Translations under genes and position numbers: made by a program
Shown: positions 12,480-25,622 of the stretch, piece after piece
Layout: each line of letters begins with the position of its first letter
How positions within the stretch are numbered: the first letter of the stretch is position 1
Assembly (NCBI RefSeq): GCF_006345805.1
Contig: NC_042998.1
Location: forward strand, 20,956,001 to 21,020,000
From: Octopus sinensis
Lineage: Eukaryota
Direction: 5' to 3'
Length of the DNA: 64,000 nt
Notes under the pieces: generated by a model
Seen by the model: only the letters and a program-made list of their open reading frames with translations
Database searches by the model: none
What the model was told of the DNA's origin: nothing

Positions 12480-13802
12480 ATGTTATCCCGAAAAAGGAAA
12501 GCAAATTTTACAAAGCAGGAACTTGAGGTACTAGTTGCTAATGTACAAGCCAGGAAAGATATATTATTCACTAAACGTAACACACCTGTATCTAACCAAG
12601 CGAAGCAACATGCGTGGGAATGCATTGCTCGTAAAGTCAATTCTGTGGAGTCCGTCATGGGTGAACACCGAACTGTGAACGATGTCAGGCGGAAATGGGT
12701 TTGTCTGCTGAGCGAAACGAAAAAAGCCGAAATGCAACGGCGGCGCCGAAACCAAGGTGCCGACGGTGCGTCTGGGTCCTCATTAGGACTGAGTGGTGCT
12801 TTGGCTTTAGGGATCGGCTCAGGAGAATATACCCCTCTGCTCGCCGAAGCTATATTGAATATAAGCAAAAGCATTGGTGCTAGTGCATCTGACGGAAAAA
12901 CTGGTAGTTGTTCATATTCAGTAGATCGAAATTCCTCTTTGCATAATTCTTTAGAAGAAGTTAATGAACTTTCTTTGTCGGCCGGCGATAATAACTTTAT
13001 CGCAGGCGTTGCCCAGGTTAGTCATGGATTAAGTAATAGCAGCAACCAATTGATCTCTAATACTAGTGTCAACGACACAGCTGGAAATAACACCAGTTAT
13101 CTGCAAGTCTCTTCAGTATATTCCCAATCTGATATTCTTGATGATGTGGAAGACCAATTGAATAATTCACCGTCCAGAAACACTCAATCACCAACGATGA
13201 TAAATAAAGCAAATGCAAATATTGTTTCAAATTTAAAGGCTACCGGACGATCAAATGTAAATCAACACAATTCTGGAGCACATCTAACACCAGATGTAAC
13301 TGCAAATACTATTTATTCTGTTACAAATATCAACAATCGTGAAAATATCACTGCTGTCAACTCTGATCTAGGCATCGTTCAAATAACACCCAATATCAGT
13401 TCGAGTGTTTATGGTAATAATTCAGTATATTTAGACGAAACAGGTGATTCTAAGATAACACTCCCTGATGGTTCTATTGTATCTGTTCGGAAAAGGCGAC
13501 ACAGTCAGCAAAGTAACAATGATTTAAACAGAACTAATTTCAATCCGGAAGAGATTATATCCGACCAGGATGATGACATTCAAGATATTGAGATTGATCC
13601 CAAGCAGATAGATTTGAATTCTGCTCCAGTCTATTCTGTTTCCACTTACACCAATAGTTCAGATAGCGAACAAAGAGATAAATCTTCATATCAAGTCACC
13701 GCATTAGACAGCATCGCTGGATCAGACACTGGAAATAGATTGAGAACGAAGAGGAAACGTTTACATCAGATATCGGAACATTATTCGGAAAAGCTTTACC
13801 GA
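12480..13802 (+). CDS. MSANTD4-like: Coding exon 1 of a Myb/SANT-like DNA-binding protein (Myb_DNA-bind_5 type), 441 codons
   Basis: The N-terminus RKRKANFTKQELEVLV...AWECIARKVNSV...RTVNDVRRKW resembles the MSANTD4/NAIF1 Myb/SANT-like domain. A Ser/Asn-rich linker with basic clusters (RKRRH, RTKRKR) follows. Acceptor TTTGTTAG ends at 12478, just before the ATG. Donor CGA|GTAAGA at 13803 is phase 0; the ORF-track tail VRFLFFF is intron read-through. Confidence 0.9.
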
Positions 13803-14112
13803 GTAAGATTTCTCTTCTTTTTTTAAAAACTTTTTCCATTTCTTTTTCCTTTCGTTGTTGATGTTGTTGTTGTTATAATGATTTCAAATTTTGACACAAG
13901 ACCATCTGTTTCAAGGGAGGGTGTAAGTCGAGTACATCGACCCCAGTGCTTAACTGGTACTTAATTTATTGATCCCAAAAGGATGAAAGGCAAAGTCGAC
14001 CGCGGCGGCATTTGAACTCAGAACGTAAAGAGCCGAAAGAAACGCCGTTAAGCATTTTCCCGACACGCTAACGATTCTAGCTGGTCGCCACCTTTGTTGT
14101 TATAATGAAAGC

Positions 14113-14440
14113 AGTGTGGAGGCGCAATGGCCCAGTGGTTAGGGCAGCGGACTCGCGGTCGGAGGATCGCAGTTTCGATTCCCAGACCGGGCGTTGCGTG
14201 TGTTTATGGAGCGAAAACACCCAAAAGCTCCACGAGGCTCCGGCAAGGGGTGTTGGCGACCCTTGTTGTACTCTTTTGCCCTAACTTTCTCTCATTCTTT
14301 CTTCCTGTTTCTTTGGTATCGCTGCGATGGACTGGCGTCCCGTCCAGCTGGGGGGTGGGGGAACACATACGCCATAGAAACCGAGAAACGGGGTCCATGA
14401 GTCTGGCTAGGCTTGAAAAGGGCACATAAATAAAAAAATA
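14113..14440 (+). mobile_element. tRNA-derived SINE family C (V-domain-like CTGCGATGGACTGGCGTCCCGTCCAG)
   Basis: A box TGGCCCAGTGG and B box GTTTCGATTCC. A second copy lies at 33675-33985. Confidence 0.8.
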
Positions 14441-14869
14441 ATGAAAGCAGTAGATGGCAGAATTAAAAGTGTTGAATTAAATACCATGCTGTATTTACTT
14501 AGGTCCATTTATGTTCTGAGTTCAAGCCTCGCTGAATCGAATTTACTTTCATCTTTCCAGGGTCGATAAATCAAAGTATCAGTAAACTACTTTTTTTAAG
14601 AGGAATTTATTTCTTAGTTAAAAGCAATGACCTTTGAAAGCCCTCCTTCACTGGTGAAGCTGATGTTTTGATTTTCGGCTTGAGCATCTACAAGTTGACG
14701 TCTGCGGGAACAATGTCGGCAGGGATGGTGGAGTTTTTCTAGTGGATTGACGTTCTTGGGACATAGGACTAGACATGGTTGTTTAGGGGCGGGCATAAAG
14801 AGTGATATATGATACAGGAGACTGGGCATTGATGAAAATCAACTGGCTTTCGGGCCAGGGTTCATGGAT

Positions 14870-15160
14870 CATCATCATCATCATCATCATCGTTTAACGT
14901 CCGCTTTCCATGCTAGCATGGGTTGGACGATTTTGACTGAGGGCTGGCGAACCAGATGGCTGCACCAGGCTCCAATCTTGATCTGGCAGAGTTTCTACAG
15001 CTGGATGCTCTTCCTAGCGCCAACCACTCCGAGAGTGTAGTGGGTGCTTTTTACGTGCCACCGGCACGGGGGCCAGTCAAGCGGTACTGGCAATGACCTC
15101 GCTCGAATCTTTTTACACATGCCACCGGCACAGGTGCCGGTTGACTTGGCATTGTGATAC
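14870..15160 (-). mobile_element. (GAT)n-tailed dispersed repeat (SINE or LINE 3' end)
   Basis: CAGCTGGATGC(C/T)CTTCC..CGCCAACC core, also at 1190-1340, 5300-5465, 6258-6358 and 24950-25090. Confidence 0.7.
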
Positions 15161-15169
15161 TGGGCTATA

Positions 15170-15850
15170 TTGCCGGTTCGGGATAAACGCTGTAGACATG
15201 GTAGTGTCATCAGCCGCGTTTGCTCGAGGTACGCGCATAGCGACGAAATCGTTCTGCACTCGCTCATACGCCGGGCGAAATGCGTAGCCGTATTTCGTCT
15301 GCCGTTACGTTCTGAGTTCAAATTCTGCCGAGGTCGACTTTGCCTTTCATCCTTTCGGGGTCGATAAATTAAGTACCAGTTACGCAGTGGGGTCGATGTA
15401 ATCGATTTAATCCGTTTATCTGTCCTTGTTTGTCCCCTCTGTGTTTAGCCCCTTGTGGGTAGTAAAGAAATATATACTGAAATAGCTGCTATCACGAGTA
15501 GGATGGATCCGGCTATCAGCCGAGTCCATTGCGAAAATCACCCCCGCTGCCTTCTTTTAGCTGAGAAGGACAAAAGGACAGACAGGTTTCCTATGATTTG
15601 GGGCTATAGCGAAAGAGGTTGGTGAACACGAATGGAAAGACTGAAGCCCTCATTGGTCTTTTTCGAAGGAAAGTGAGAGTGAAGAGAATGTGCTGCTTCC
15701 CAGTAAATTTGGAGAGAAAGTGTGTGAATGTAGCGAGAATGGTATAAGCGAATGAACCTATTCTTAAGTATGCGCCTGTAGGATGAAAATTACGGAGGAA
15801 AGAGGAACACTTGCCCATGATGCGACTAGTGAGCAAGTTGACTCGGTTCT
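15170..15850 (+). mobile_element. Older Tx1 3' fragment split by a SINE
   Basis: LPVRDKRCRHGSVISRVC, then RLSAESIAKITP, then a decayed KRKVRVER-like end. Confidence 0.7.
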
Positions 15851-15894
15851 TGTGGGCTTCCTTGGTTATTTTAGAAGTCCTTTGTATCAGGAGG

Positions 15895-15898
15895 ATCG

Positions 15899-15931
<33 letters not shown>

Positions 15932-15980
15932 TACCATCTTTCATCATCATCATCTTTCATCAACAACATCATCATCATCT

Positions 15981-16013
<33 letters not shown>

Positions 16014-16058
16014 TTTCATCATCATCATCATCTTTCATCAACAACATCATCATCATCT

Positions 16059-16091
<33 letters not shown>

Positions 16092-16132
16092 TTTCATCAT
16101 CATCATCATCTTTCATCATCATCTTCATCATC

Positions 16133-16164
<32 letters not shown>

Positions 16165-16205
16165 CATCATCATCTTTCATCATCTTTCATCATCATCATC
16201 ACCAT
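15895..16205. repeat. (CAT)n microsatellite with higher-order CTTTCATCAACAA interruptions
   Basis: Direct inspection. Confidence 0.95.
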
Positions 16206-16429
16206 CATCGTTGTTGTTTTTATGGTGACTGGCTGCCGGAATTGTTAGCATGCCGGACACAATGCTTAGCGGTATTTCGTCCGTCTTTACGTTTTGAGCG
16301 CGGGGATCGATGTAATCGACTTACCCACTTCACCGAAATTGCTGGCCTTGTGCCAAAATTTGAAACCATTATTATTATTATTATTATGATTATCATGATT
16401 ATTATTATTGTTGTTGTTGTTGGGTTTAT

Positions 16430-17070
16430 GTCGAACACCTTCTGTCGCGTGTGGGACGGATCCGGCTGTCAACTGAATCCATCGTGAAGATTACCCCGCC
16501 GCCTTCCTTTCGTTACCAACCCGGCCAAAACCGGCTTTGGCTCTGTAGTACAAATGTCTTGTTTTCATAAGTTTTGAATTAAAATCTTCCACCAAACCTT
16601 GGTCACAATTTATGTTCCTAACACTAGTTGAATGATAACTAAGTTATTTTTTCTAAATTCTTTGTTATATTTAAAGTAATTGAAAGAAACACAGAGCATC
16701 TCAAAATAAATACAGTAACAAAAGGGCTAACCGGCAAGGAAAGGCTATTTTTATATGCTTGGTGGCCATGGCGAAAGAAGTTGTGTGGTGGACGAGATTG
16801 AAGGGGTTGAAGACAAACACTTTTCTCTTTGGCCAATCCCTGATGAACTTCTTCAAGTTTCACTTGAAAAGGAAAATAAGGGTAGAGAGGAATGTGTTGT
16901 CTTCTAACCGGTTTGCTGAAAGGTGGATGAAAGTGGCGAGGATGGTACGAGTGAACGGGCTTGCCCTCAGCATACGCCTGTAGTTGGAAAAAAGAAATGA
17001 AACGGAAAAAGGTACTTGCCTCAAAAGTCAGGGCACCCATGGTTTTCATGTTTTTGTTTTTCCATGAGCA
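16430..17070 (+). mobile_element. Tx1 3' fragment interrupted by a small MITE (about 16506-16728)
   Basis: EHLLSRVGRIRLSTESIVKITPP and VAMAKEVVWWTRLKGLK...FHLKRKIRVER. The MITE ends CCTTTCGTTAC / GTAACAAAAGGG are piggyBac-like. Confidence 0.75.
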
Positions 17071-17825
17071 GCCCTCGAACGTCGCTTTCCGATTGAGGAT
17101 TACACATTGTTTATCGCGTTTATCGCACGTCGGGCGAAATGCTTAGCGGTATTTCGTCTGCCGCTACGTTCTGAGTTCAAATTCCGCCGAGGTTGACTTT
17201 GCCTTTCATCCTTTCGGGGTCGATTAAATAAGTACCAGTTACGCACTGGGGTCGATGTAATCGACTTAATCCATTTGTTTGTTCTCTCTGTTTAGCCCCC
17301 TGTGGACAATACAGAAACAAATAATAATAATATATTATTGGGCAAGTGTCTTCTAATGTTGTCGTCGTCGTCGTCGTCGTCGTCGTTGTTGTTGTTGTTG
17401 TTGTTGTTGCTGCTGTTGTTGTTAAGGCAGCGAGCTGGTAGAATCATGAGCACGCCGGGCAAAATTCTTAGCGACATTTCCTCCGTCTTTACGCCCTGAG
17501 TTCAAATGCTACCGAGGTTGGCCTTGTCTTTCGTCCCCTTCGGGAGCGATAAAACAAGTACCAGTTGAATACTGGGGGTCGATGTAATCAACTCGAACAC
17601 TTCCCCGAAATTACTGGCCTTGTACCAAAATTTGAAACCATTAACTTTTTTTTACCTTTTGGGCTTTTCACCTGTTTCAGTCTTTATTTAGACTGCGGTC
17701 ATGCTGGAGCACCACCAGGAAAACAAATATTGGGGTCGAATGATTTGACCTCCGGATTTGTTTCATTTTTAAGCCTTGTACTAATTTCGCCCGGCGTGCC
17801 AACGTTTCTGCCAGCTCGCCCGCCT

Positions 17826-18235
17826 TAAATCTTGTCGATCTATCGTATTCTTCATCCATTCTACACTTGGAGCCTCTTCCTGTGCTACCAAGATCATTTC
17901 CTTGGTTTCATTCTCAGTATCCCTTTCTTAGCGCTGGTCAGCTATTCTTGCTATTCCGAACCGCTTCTTCTTTTCTTTTGAAGATTTCCAAGTGAAACTT
18001 CTTTCAAAGTTTGATTCGTCTCTTTCACACTTATTCTTGTCTTTTTTACCTCCTCCTTCTTTGACTTTGCTCTTTCTGTATGCATTTCTTTCAGGAGTGT
18101 GTGTTCTTTTTCTTCTTTATAGAAACCTGGACTTGTCTTCTTTAGATCTGTTACTTCCTTTTAAAAGTGTTCTCTGTTTTTCGGCCTTTTCCAGTCGTCT
18201 GGCAATGGTTGGGCCCCAAGATTGCCGGATTTAAG
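17826..18235 (-). mobile_element. Dong-type fragment, degenerate
   Basis: ETKEMILVAQEEA...WMKNTIDRQ resembles the ETESxxxAAQEQAL motif preceding the zinc knuckle. Confidence 0.55.
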
Positions 18236-18327
18236 AGGTCCAACCCATAATAAATTAGTTGGTAAAAGGTCGGGAATTTGCGGAATCGTTAGGGCGTCGA
18301 ACAAAATACCTTGTGGTATTTGTTTTA

Positions 18328-18552
18328 ACGAGCTGGCAGAAACGTTAGCACGCCGGGCGAAATGCTTAGCGGTATTTCGTCTGCGTTACGTTGTGAGTTC
18401 AAATTCCGCCGAGGTCGACTTTGCCTTTCATCCTTTCGGGGTCGATAAATTAAGTACCAGTTACGCACTAGGGTCGATGTAATCGACTTAATACCCATGT
18501 CTGTCCTTGTTTGTCCCCTCTGTGTTTAGCCCCTTGTGGGTAGTAAAGAAAT
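18328..18552 (+). mobile_element. SINE family A
   Basis: Head GAGCTGGCAGAAACGTTAGC through tail TTGTGGGTAGTAAAGAAATA. Confidence 0.88.
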
Positions 18553-19073
18553 AGGTATTTGTTTTAACTCTTTACATCCTCAGTTCAAATCCCGTCGAGG
18601 TCATATTTTGGCTCTCGGCGTCCTAGGGTTTTTTAAAGTAAACCATCAGCTGTTAGTAGGAGTCGATGGTATCAACTGACTTCCCACCCCAATCACCAAA
18701 TTTCAGACCTTGTTCTTATTTTTCAAACAGTTATTAAAGTATCATATTTAGGGTAGTTAAGGCGGCGAGCACGCCGGACAAAATACTTAATGACATTTCG
18801 TCCGTCTTTGCGTTCTGAGCTCAAATTCCGCCGTGGTCGACTTCGCCTGTAATGTTTTCGGAGTCGATAAAATAAACACCCATGGTTTACTGAGTACGAT
18901 GTAATCGACTAGCCCGCTCCTTCTCAAAATTTTGGGCCTTGTCCCTGTTGTAGAAAGAGTTACACAGTAACCACTCGCCATATCGCGGTTCACCTATCGC
19001 GTTCACCTATCGCGGTTTATTATTTAAGCATACGTCGATTCCGCCGTGGTGTTACTTTGCATTTATAATAAAA

Positions 19074-19453
19074 CTAGCAGTATCGCCCGGCGTTGCTCAG
19101 GTTTGTAAGGGAAATAACTATAAAGCATTTTTAGAGAGTTATAGCGAAAAAATAGCAAAAAAATGGAAAAAAAATGATGGTAAATTTTTTTTGAAAGTTA
19201 AAAAAGTGGAGTTGCGTCCCCTAGACGGTCTGTGGTTTGGGTTTCTAATTCTCGACCCCATGTCGAATTTATCGATTTTTTTCAGAACTGGGGGAACTTT
19301 TCAAAATTTTCGCTGCGTTATTTGAATTATGACATTGGGCTATGTGTGTGTCAAGTTTCATCAGAATCGGTTGAAAGCCGTGGTCAGAGTGAGGTACGAG
19401 AAAACAGACACACAGAAAACGCACAGACAAACTGCCGTTTATATAGAGAGAGA
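19074..19453 (-). mobile_element. Non-autonomous Helitron
   Basis: On the minus strand it has 5' TC and 3' CTAG, an A|T insertion site, and a GC-rich hairpin near the 3' end. It is homologous to 33054-33443. Confidence 0.8.
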
Positions 19454-19496
19454 TAAATATATAAAAATTATAAAAAAATAATAGAAAAAATATACA

Positions 19497-19660
19497 GGGG
19501 AGGCTGTGTGGTAAGTAGCTTGCTTACCAACTACATGTTCTGGGTTCAGTCCTACTTCGTGGCACCTTGGGCAAATGTCTTCTACTATTGCCTCGGGCCG
19601 ACAAAGCCTAGTGAGTGGATTGGTAGACGGAAACTGAAAGAAGCCTGTCGTATATATATA

Positions 19661-19703
<43 letters not shown>

Positions 19704-19925
19704 GTGTGTGTTTGTGTGTCAGTGTTTGTGCCCCCTACACCATCGCTTGACAACCGATGCTGCTATGTTTACGTCCCCGTAACTTTGCTGTTCGGCAAAA
19801 GAGAACCGATAGAATAAGTACTAGGCTTACAAAGAATAAGTCCTGGGGGACGGTTTGTTCGACTGAAGGCGGTGCTCCAGCATGGCCTCAAATCAAATGA
19901 CTGAAACAGGTAAAAGAGTAAAAGA
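19497..19925 (+). mobile_element. SINE family B, full length
   Basis: Head, internal microsatellite and GACTGAAACAGGTAAAAGAG tail. Confidence 0.88.
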
Positions 19926-20260
19926 GAGTACAACAGGATTTTCACCTATCGCGAGGGGTGGGCGTTGTTGGGTTTTGGAACGTAACACCTGCAATAGTCG
20001 AGGGTGGCTGTGTGGTAAGTAGCTTGCTTACCAACCACATGGTTCCGGGTTCATTCCCACTACGTGGCACCTTGGGCAAATGTCTTCTACTATTGCCTCG
20101 GGCCGACCAAAGCCTTGTGAGTGGATTTGGTAGACGGAAACTGAACAAAATACTTAATGACTACTTACCACACAGCCACCCTCGACTATTGCAGGTGTTA
20201 CGTTCCAAAACCCAACAACGCCCACCCCTCGCGATAGGTGAAAATCCTATTGTACTCTCT
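19923..20260. repeat. Inverted duplication with about 100-bp arms (87 bp perfect)
   Basis: 19936-20022 is the exact reverse complement of 20161-20247. Confidence 0.92.
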
Positions 20261-20840
20261 TTTGCCGAACCGCTAAGTTACGGGGACGTAAACATAGCAA
20301 CATCGGTTGTCAAGCGAGGTACAGGGTAATGGAGTTGGCAGAATCGCTAGCCCAGTGGATAAGATGCTTTGGCGATATTTGTTTTGGCTCTTTACGTTCT
20401 GGGTTCAAAACCTGGTCAAGGTCAACATTGCTTTCTTTCTGTCTGGCATCAAAAATATAAAACTATCAAGCAAGTACTGGGCTACATATAACCGACTATT
20501 CTCTTTCTCCAAATTCGAGGCCTTGGATCTATGGAGGAAATTATTATTTAATAAAGAAAAAAAATATTATTGCTTCCCCTCCTACTCTATCATTATTAGT
20601 ATTGGGATGTTTACTGCGGTGGTGTTTAGTATTGGTGGTGGTGGTGGTTGTAGTAGTAGTAGTAGTAGTTGTAGTAGTAGTAGTAAAGCCTCAAGCCCTT
20701 CCCCCACCCTGATTAAGCAAGCCCCTCATCGAGAGTATCCGATCCGTGACTTAACCCATATCCTGTTTTATTTAGTTACAGTGTGTCTGGTAGAATTATA
20801 TTATCCACTATTCAACTACATTATTTCAGATAAAGTGCAT

Positions 20841-20883
<43 letters not shown>

Positions 20884-20894
20884 ATTATTTGATA

Positions 20895-22344
20895 TATTGG
20901 GTCATCCCATAAATAATGCGGGTTTTTTTAAATACTTCTTTTATTTTTCAAAATTAAGATAAACAAAGTTCTTTTTTAATCTAAACTATAACTCTGCTTC
21001 ATTTTCTACGATGCTCTTCCATCTATCTGGTGGACTTGCAAGGGCCCTCTTCCAGATTCACTTAACCGTCCTTCATTTTCTACGATGCTCTCCCATCTAT
21101 CTGGTGGACTTGCAAGGGCCCTCTTCCAAAATTCACTTAACCGTCCTTCATTTTCTACGATGCTCTTCCATCTATCAGGTGGACTTGCAAGGTCCCTCTT
21201 CCAAAGTTCACTTAACCATCCTTCATTTTCTACGATGCTCTTCCATCAATCTGGTGGACTTGCAAGGGCCCTCTTCCAAAATTCAGTTGTCCGTGACGGA
21301 AAATACTCCTCCAGTACTGTTCTGATCTTGTCTTCAGAATTAAAATTTTTCCGTCCAAATGATTTTGAAGACTACGGAATAAATGATAGTGAGATGGGGC
21401 AATGTCTGGCGAATATGGTGGGTGGGAGTATCGTTTCCCATTCAAATTGCTCCAGCCTTTGGAATGTCATCCTCGCTGTATGTGGTCGAGCATTATTCTG
21501 ATAGAAGAACACCTTTCGTCTTCAAACCAAAGATAGTCGTTTTTCTTCTATCGCTGATTTGAGCCGCTCAAGCTGCTCGTAGTAGATCCCCTTTCTTATT
21601 GTTTGGTTTGGGTTTAAAAGTTCGAAGTAGACTAAACCTTTCATAGCCCACCAAACAGATAACAACACCTTACGTTGGTGAAGACCTTCTTTAGCCGGGA
21701 GTACCGGTGTTCAAAAAAAAAAAAAAAGGTTCATTCGTGAAACATGACAGCAAAGAAGAGCACACATTCACTCTCTGCGTACGATTAGACTCAGAAAGTT
21801 TGTGAGGAACCTATTGACCTAGTTTGTTGACTTTTCCGATGGCACGCAGGTGTCAATGAATGGTTGAATGACCAAATCCAAACTTCTCTGCTAGGTCCTC
21901 AACAGTTACGATATGATTTTGCTCCATTAGGGTTTGCTAGGCGTCCTTGTCAAGCTCTACAGATCTTCCAGGACGAGGCCTGTCATCTAGGCTGTAGTTT
22001 CCGGCTCGGAATTTCTGGAACCACCGTTGACACTAGCTTATGCTTATTATCCGATTCCCATATATTCCATTAATATTCCTCGCACTTTCCGTTGCGTTGT
22101 TGCCTTTATTGAACTCATGAAGCCAAATATGTCGAAAATGCTCCTTTGTCACTTCCATTATAGCATTGAAAAATAACTGTTAAAATCGAACTGCACTCTT
22201 CAAAACTTGCTCTAAGAATAAGTACATCAGGTAAAATTATTACCTGCTTTTATAGCAAGTTGATTCAGGTAGTTTATCCCGTCCCCCTCCGACTGTTAGT
22301 TCATGCAGTTGAAAAAACTGCATTATTAATGGGATGAGCCAATA
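20895..22344 (-). mobile_element. Mariner transposon, defective, with a 4x 75-bp tandem expansion at the transposase C-terminus
   Basis: TIRs are TATTGGGTCATCCCATAAATAATGC and GCATTATTAATGGGATGAGCCAATA. It encodes HPPYSPDIAPSHYHLFRSLQN, and the repeat unit encodes WKRALASPPDRWKSIVENEG. Confidence 0.9.
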
Positions 22345-22589
22345 GATTTTCATAGTAGAGTGTAATTTGAAGGAGATTTGGCTACTGTTTCTTGTAGGCC
22401 AAGCAACATAAATAGTTGCTGAGCTTTTTGTGATTAAATGTATAAAGAGAAATTGAGTGAGAAGCTTTACTTATATTAATTATTTATAGAATGAATGGGT
22501 GCATATGTATCATCTGTGTTTGGTCAACCGACCACGTAGCAGGGACTCCCTCTTTGGCTCATGGTACGAGTAGGGTTAGCTGTATGTGT

Positions 22590-23110
22590 TAGTGGGTACT
22601 GTCTTTCAGGGGCGTAAAGAGTAAAGACCCTCTTCGGTCATGAATGACCATGGGATTGCACCTAGAAAGTTCCCCTCCGAAGCACGATACCGAGCAAAGT
22701 TGTTTGTAGAACACCAGCGGTCGCCCATGCATATCATTGATGTTATCCATGGGAAGGACAAAGGCCGATACATGTTGGCACCAGTGACGTCGCTACTCAT
22801 TTCTATAGCTGAATGAACTGGAGCAACGTGAAATAAAGTGTCTTGCTCAAGAACACAACATACAACCCGGTCCGGGAATCGAACTCACTATCTCATGATA
22901 GTGAGTTCGTATATATACGACGGGTTTCTTTCAATTTCCATTTAGCAAATCCACTCACAAGGCTTTCGTCGGCCCGAGGCAATAGTAGACGACATTTGCC
23001 CAAGGTGTCACGCAGTGGGACTGAACCGGAACCATGTAGTTGGTAAGCAAGCTACTTACCACATAGTATTGTGAGCCCGATACTCTAACTGCTGAGCCAT
23101 GCGCTTTCAC
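22590..23110 (-). mobile_element. tRNA-derived SINE family D, split by a family B fragment
   Basis: Head GTGAAAGCGCATGGCTCAG...GAGTTCGATTCCCGG and TTGAGCAAGACACTT...GCTCCAGTTCA core. A related copy lies at 55960-56270(+). Confidence 0.7.
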
Positions 23111-23238
23111 CACATTCAGGAGCGTAACAAGGTTCTTAAAGTTCGGGAGGGGAATGAGCACATTAAAAAAAGGATACGTGGCATATTAAGAAATTTTAAC
23201 TCATTTTAAGAAATTTTAACTCATTGATCATATATTTT

Positions 23239-23454
23239 ATACGAGGGTGGGGCTGAATAGTAAAAGAAAATAGAGGAGGATCAGTTAATTATGATTTTAC
23301 TCAACATATTCCCCTCTCAGATTCACACATTGCAGTGGTCTTGTAAAATAACAGGGAAGTTTTTCTAAGCCCCGTTAAAAACTCTGAAGCTTGGGTCTCC
23401 AATAAGGTCTTTCGCGCTACCCTTAAAACCAGGAGCTTTTCAGTACTCCACGTA
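23239..23454. mobile_element. Mariner-like MITE
   Basis: Imperfect ends TACGAGGGTGGGGCTGAATAG / CTTTTCAGTACTCCACGTA. Confidence 0.5.
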
Positions 23455-24135
23455 TGTTGGTGAGTATTGTTATTCAGGGACTTAGCCAGGTTTTAAATAT
23501 AGGAGGGCGGGGGGTTGAGCACATAAAAAAAGTACGTGACATATCAAGCAATTTTTAACTCCAATTTTGGAAAATGTGCTCGCTTTCTTTTATTACTAAT
23601 TACATCACTGCTGTCATTCTTTTCCGGCTCAAGGTGTTTTAAGTGTATGTGAATTGGTTTTTACCTAACAGGTTATTTTCCCTTCTGATTTAAATATTTA
23701 TTTATTGCTGAATGGATGTCTGGTGCAAGGAATGAGTCTACATTCTGACTCAGATATAAGGTGTGCTTTTCTATCTTTTGTGCTCCTGTTTATTTTACCT
23801 AGTGGTTGAATGTTTGTTGAGGGCGTTTGTGTCGTGTTGGGGTGACTGTTAAATAAGGTTTTTATTGTTAAACGACGTCTTTATCCATTTCTTTGAGGTT
23901 TATTCTGTATACAAATGTTGGTAATCTTTCTGTAGTTTTTTTAAAAATCTTTTATATTTTTCTTGCTTTAGTCGTTTGACTGCGGCCATACTGGGTCACC
24001 GCCTTGAAGGTTTTTAGTCGAACGAATCGACCCCGGGGCTAATTTATGAAAGTCTGGTACTTAATCTGTCGGTCTCTTTTGCCGAACCGCTGGTTATTAA
24101 GCGGCGGTGGGGGACAAATACAGACACAAATACAC

Positions 24136-24205
<70 letters not shown>

Positions 24206-24597
24206 CGGTCTTCTTTTAGTTTCCGTGTACCAAATCCACTCACAAGGCTATAGTCGGCCCGAGGTTATAGTTGAAGACATTTGTCCAAGGTGCCACACAG
24301 TGGAACTGAACCTAAAACCACGTGTTTGGAAAGCCTGTTTTTGCTTCTTTTTGTTTTTGCTTCTTTTTTTAAGTTTTTGGATAGTGAGTTATATATCTGT
24401 TGTGTGGTTTTGGGGTATTATGTTTTGAGATTATATCCAGTTCTAATCATTCGTTTCTGTTGTGTAATTTGAGTTGTAAATATGTTGCTAAATATCAAAT
24501 TGACATTATCTGATCTTTTTTTCAAAATATATATAAAAAAAAGGAAAAATGTTTATTTGAATAATTCATATTCATTTATGCGTTATACTTTCTACAA

Positions 24598-24669
<72 letters not shown>

Positions 24670-24750
24670 TTACATGGTTATTGACGTTGTGTCTATTTTC
24701 GGCATAATTTGGCATTAGAAATTTTTTCTTTTACCCTTACTTATAAATAT

Positions 24751-24781
<31 letters not shown>

Positions 24782-24808
24782 CTGCCTGTCTGTCTGTCTA
24801 TCTATCTA

Positions 24809-24877
<69 letters not shown>

Positions 24878-24897
24878 TTATCTAGCTATCTAACTAA

Positions 24898-24933
<36 letters not shown>

Positions 24934-25398
24934 ATATATATATATAATCATTTAAAGTCCGTATTCCATGCTGACATGGATTGACAATAGGTGTTAAGGC
25001 CAGGAGCCTCATTAGTTTCTACAGCTAAATGCCCTTCCTAATGCCAACCACTTCAACGGTGTACTTTGTGTATTTTATGTTCCACCATCACTCCCGCTCT
25101 AGAGGGCATATCCTAATTACCAAGTGGCAAGTAAGACCTACTCCACTTGAGGAGAGAGAATGTGAAGAATCAAAATTTCTCCCAAACTGACATGCCATTA
25201 AAGAAAGGGCAGACTTATTGCCAAGTGGAGGTAGTTCTAATTACCATTTGAAAATTACGAAACATCCTCTAGGAACAAAGATAATTTCAATAAATCAAGG
25301 AATTTATATTGTAAGATAGTTGACATACCTACATTTGACTATATTGTTTAAATACGTTCCACTGTCCACTCTGAGCTATATCTCTTGGGTGATTTTTG

Positions 25399-25483
<85 letters not shown>

Positions 25484-25584
25484 TTAGATGCACAAAATCT
25501 TACTCATAACGTACAGTTGCAGGATGAGTTAAAGGGACTGTCGTACTAAATAAAGACTAGTGCGAAATCTATCTTCCTTTCCTT

Positions 25585-25618
<34 letters not shown>

Positions 25619-25622
25619 TATA

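Larger units (their letters stand above)
18965..20010. mobile_element. Tigger/Tc1-like MITE hosting a nested Helitron and a SINE
   Basis: The left end is CAGTAACCACTCGCCATATCGCGG. The right end is CCTGCAATAGTCGAGGGTGGCTG. Subterminal TTCACCTATCGCG motifs occur at both ends. Confidence 0.55.

Noticed and set aside
14120-14195. tRNA gene (also 33685, 50990, 55965)
   Set aside because: A/B boxes are present but there is no complete cloverleaf or acceptor stem, and each continues into a SINE body.
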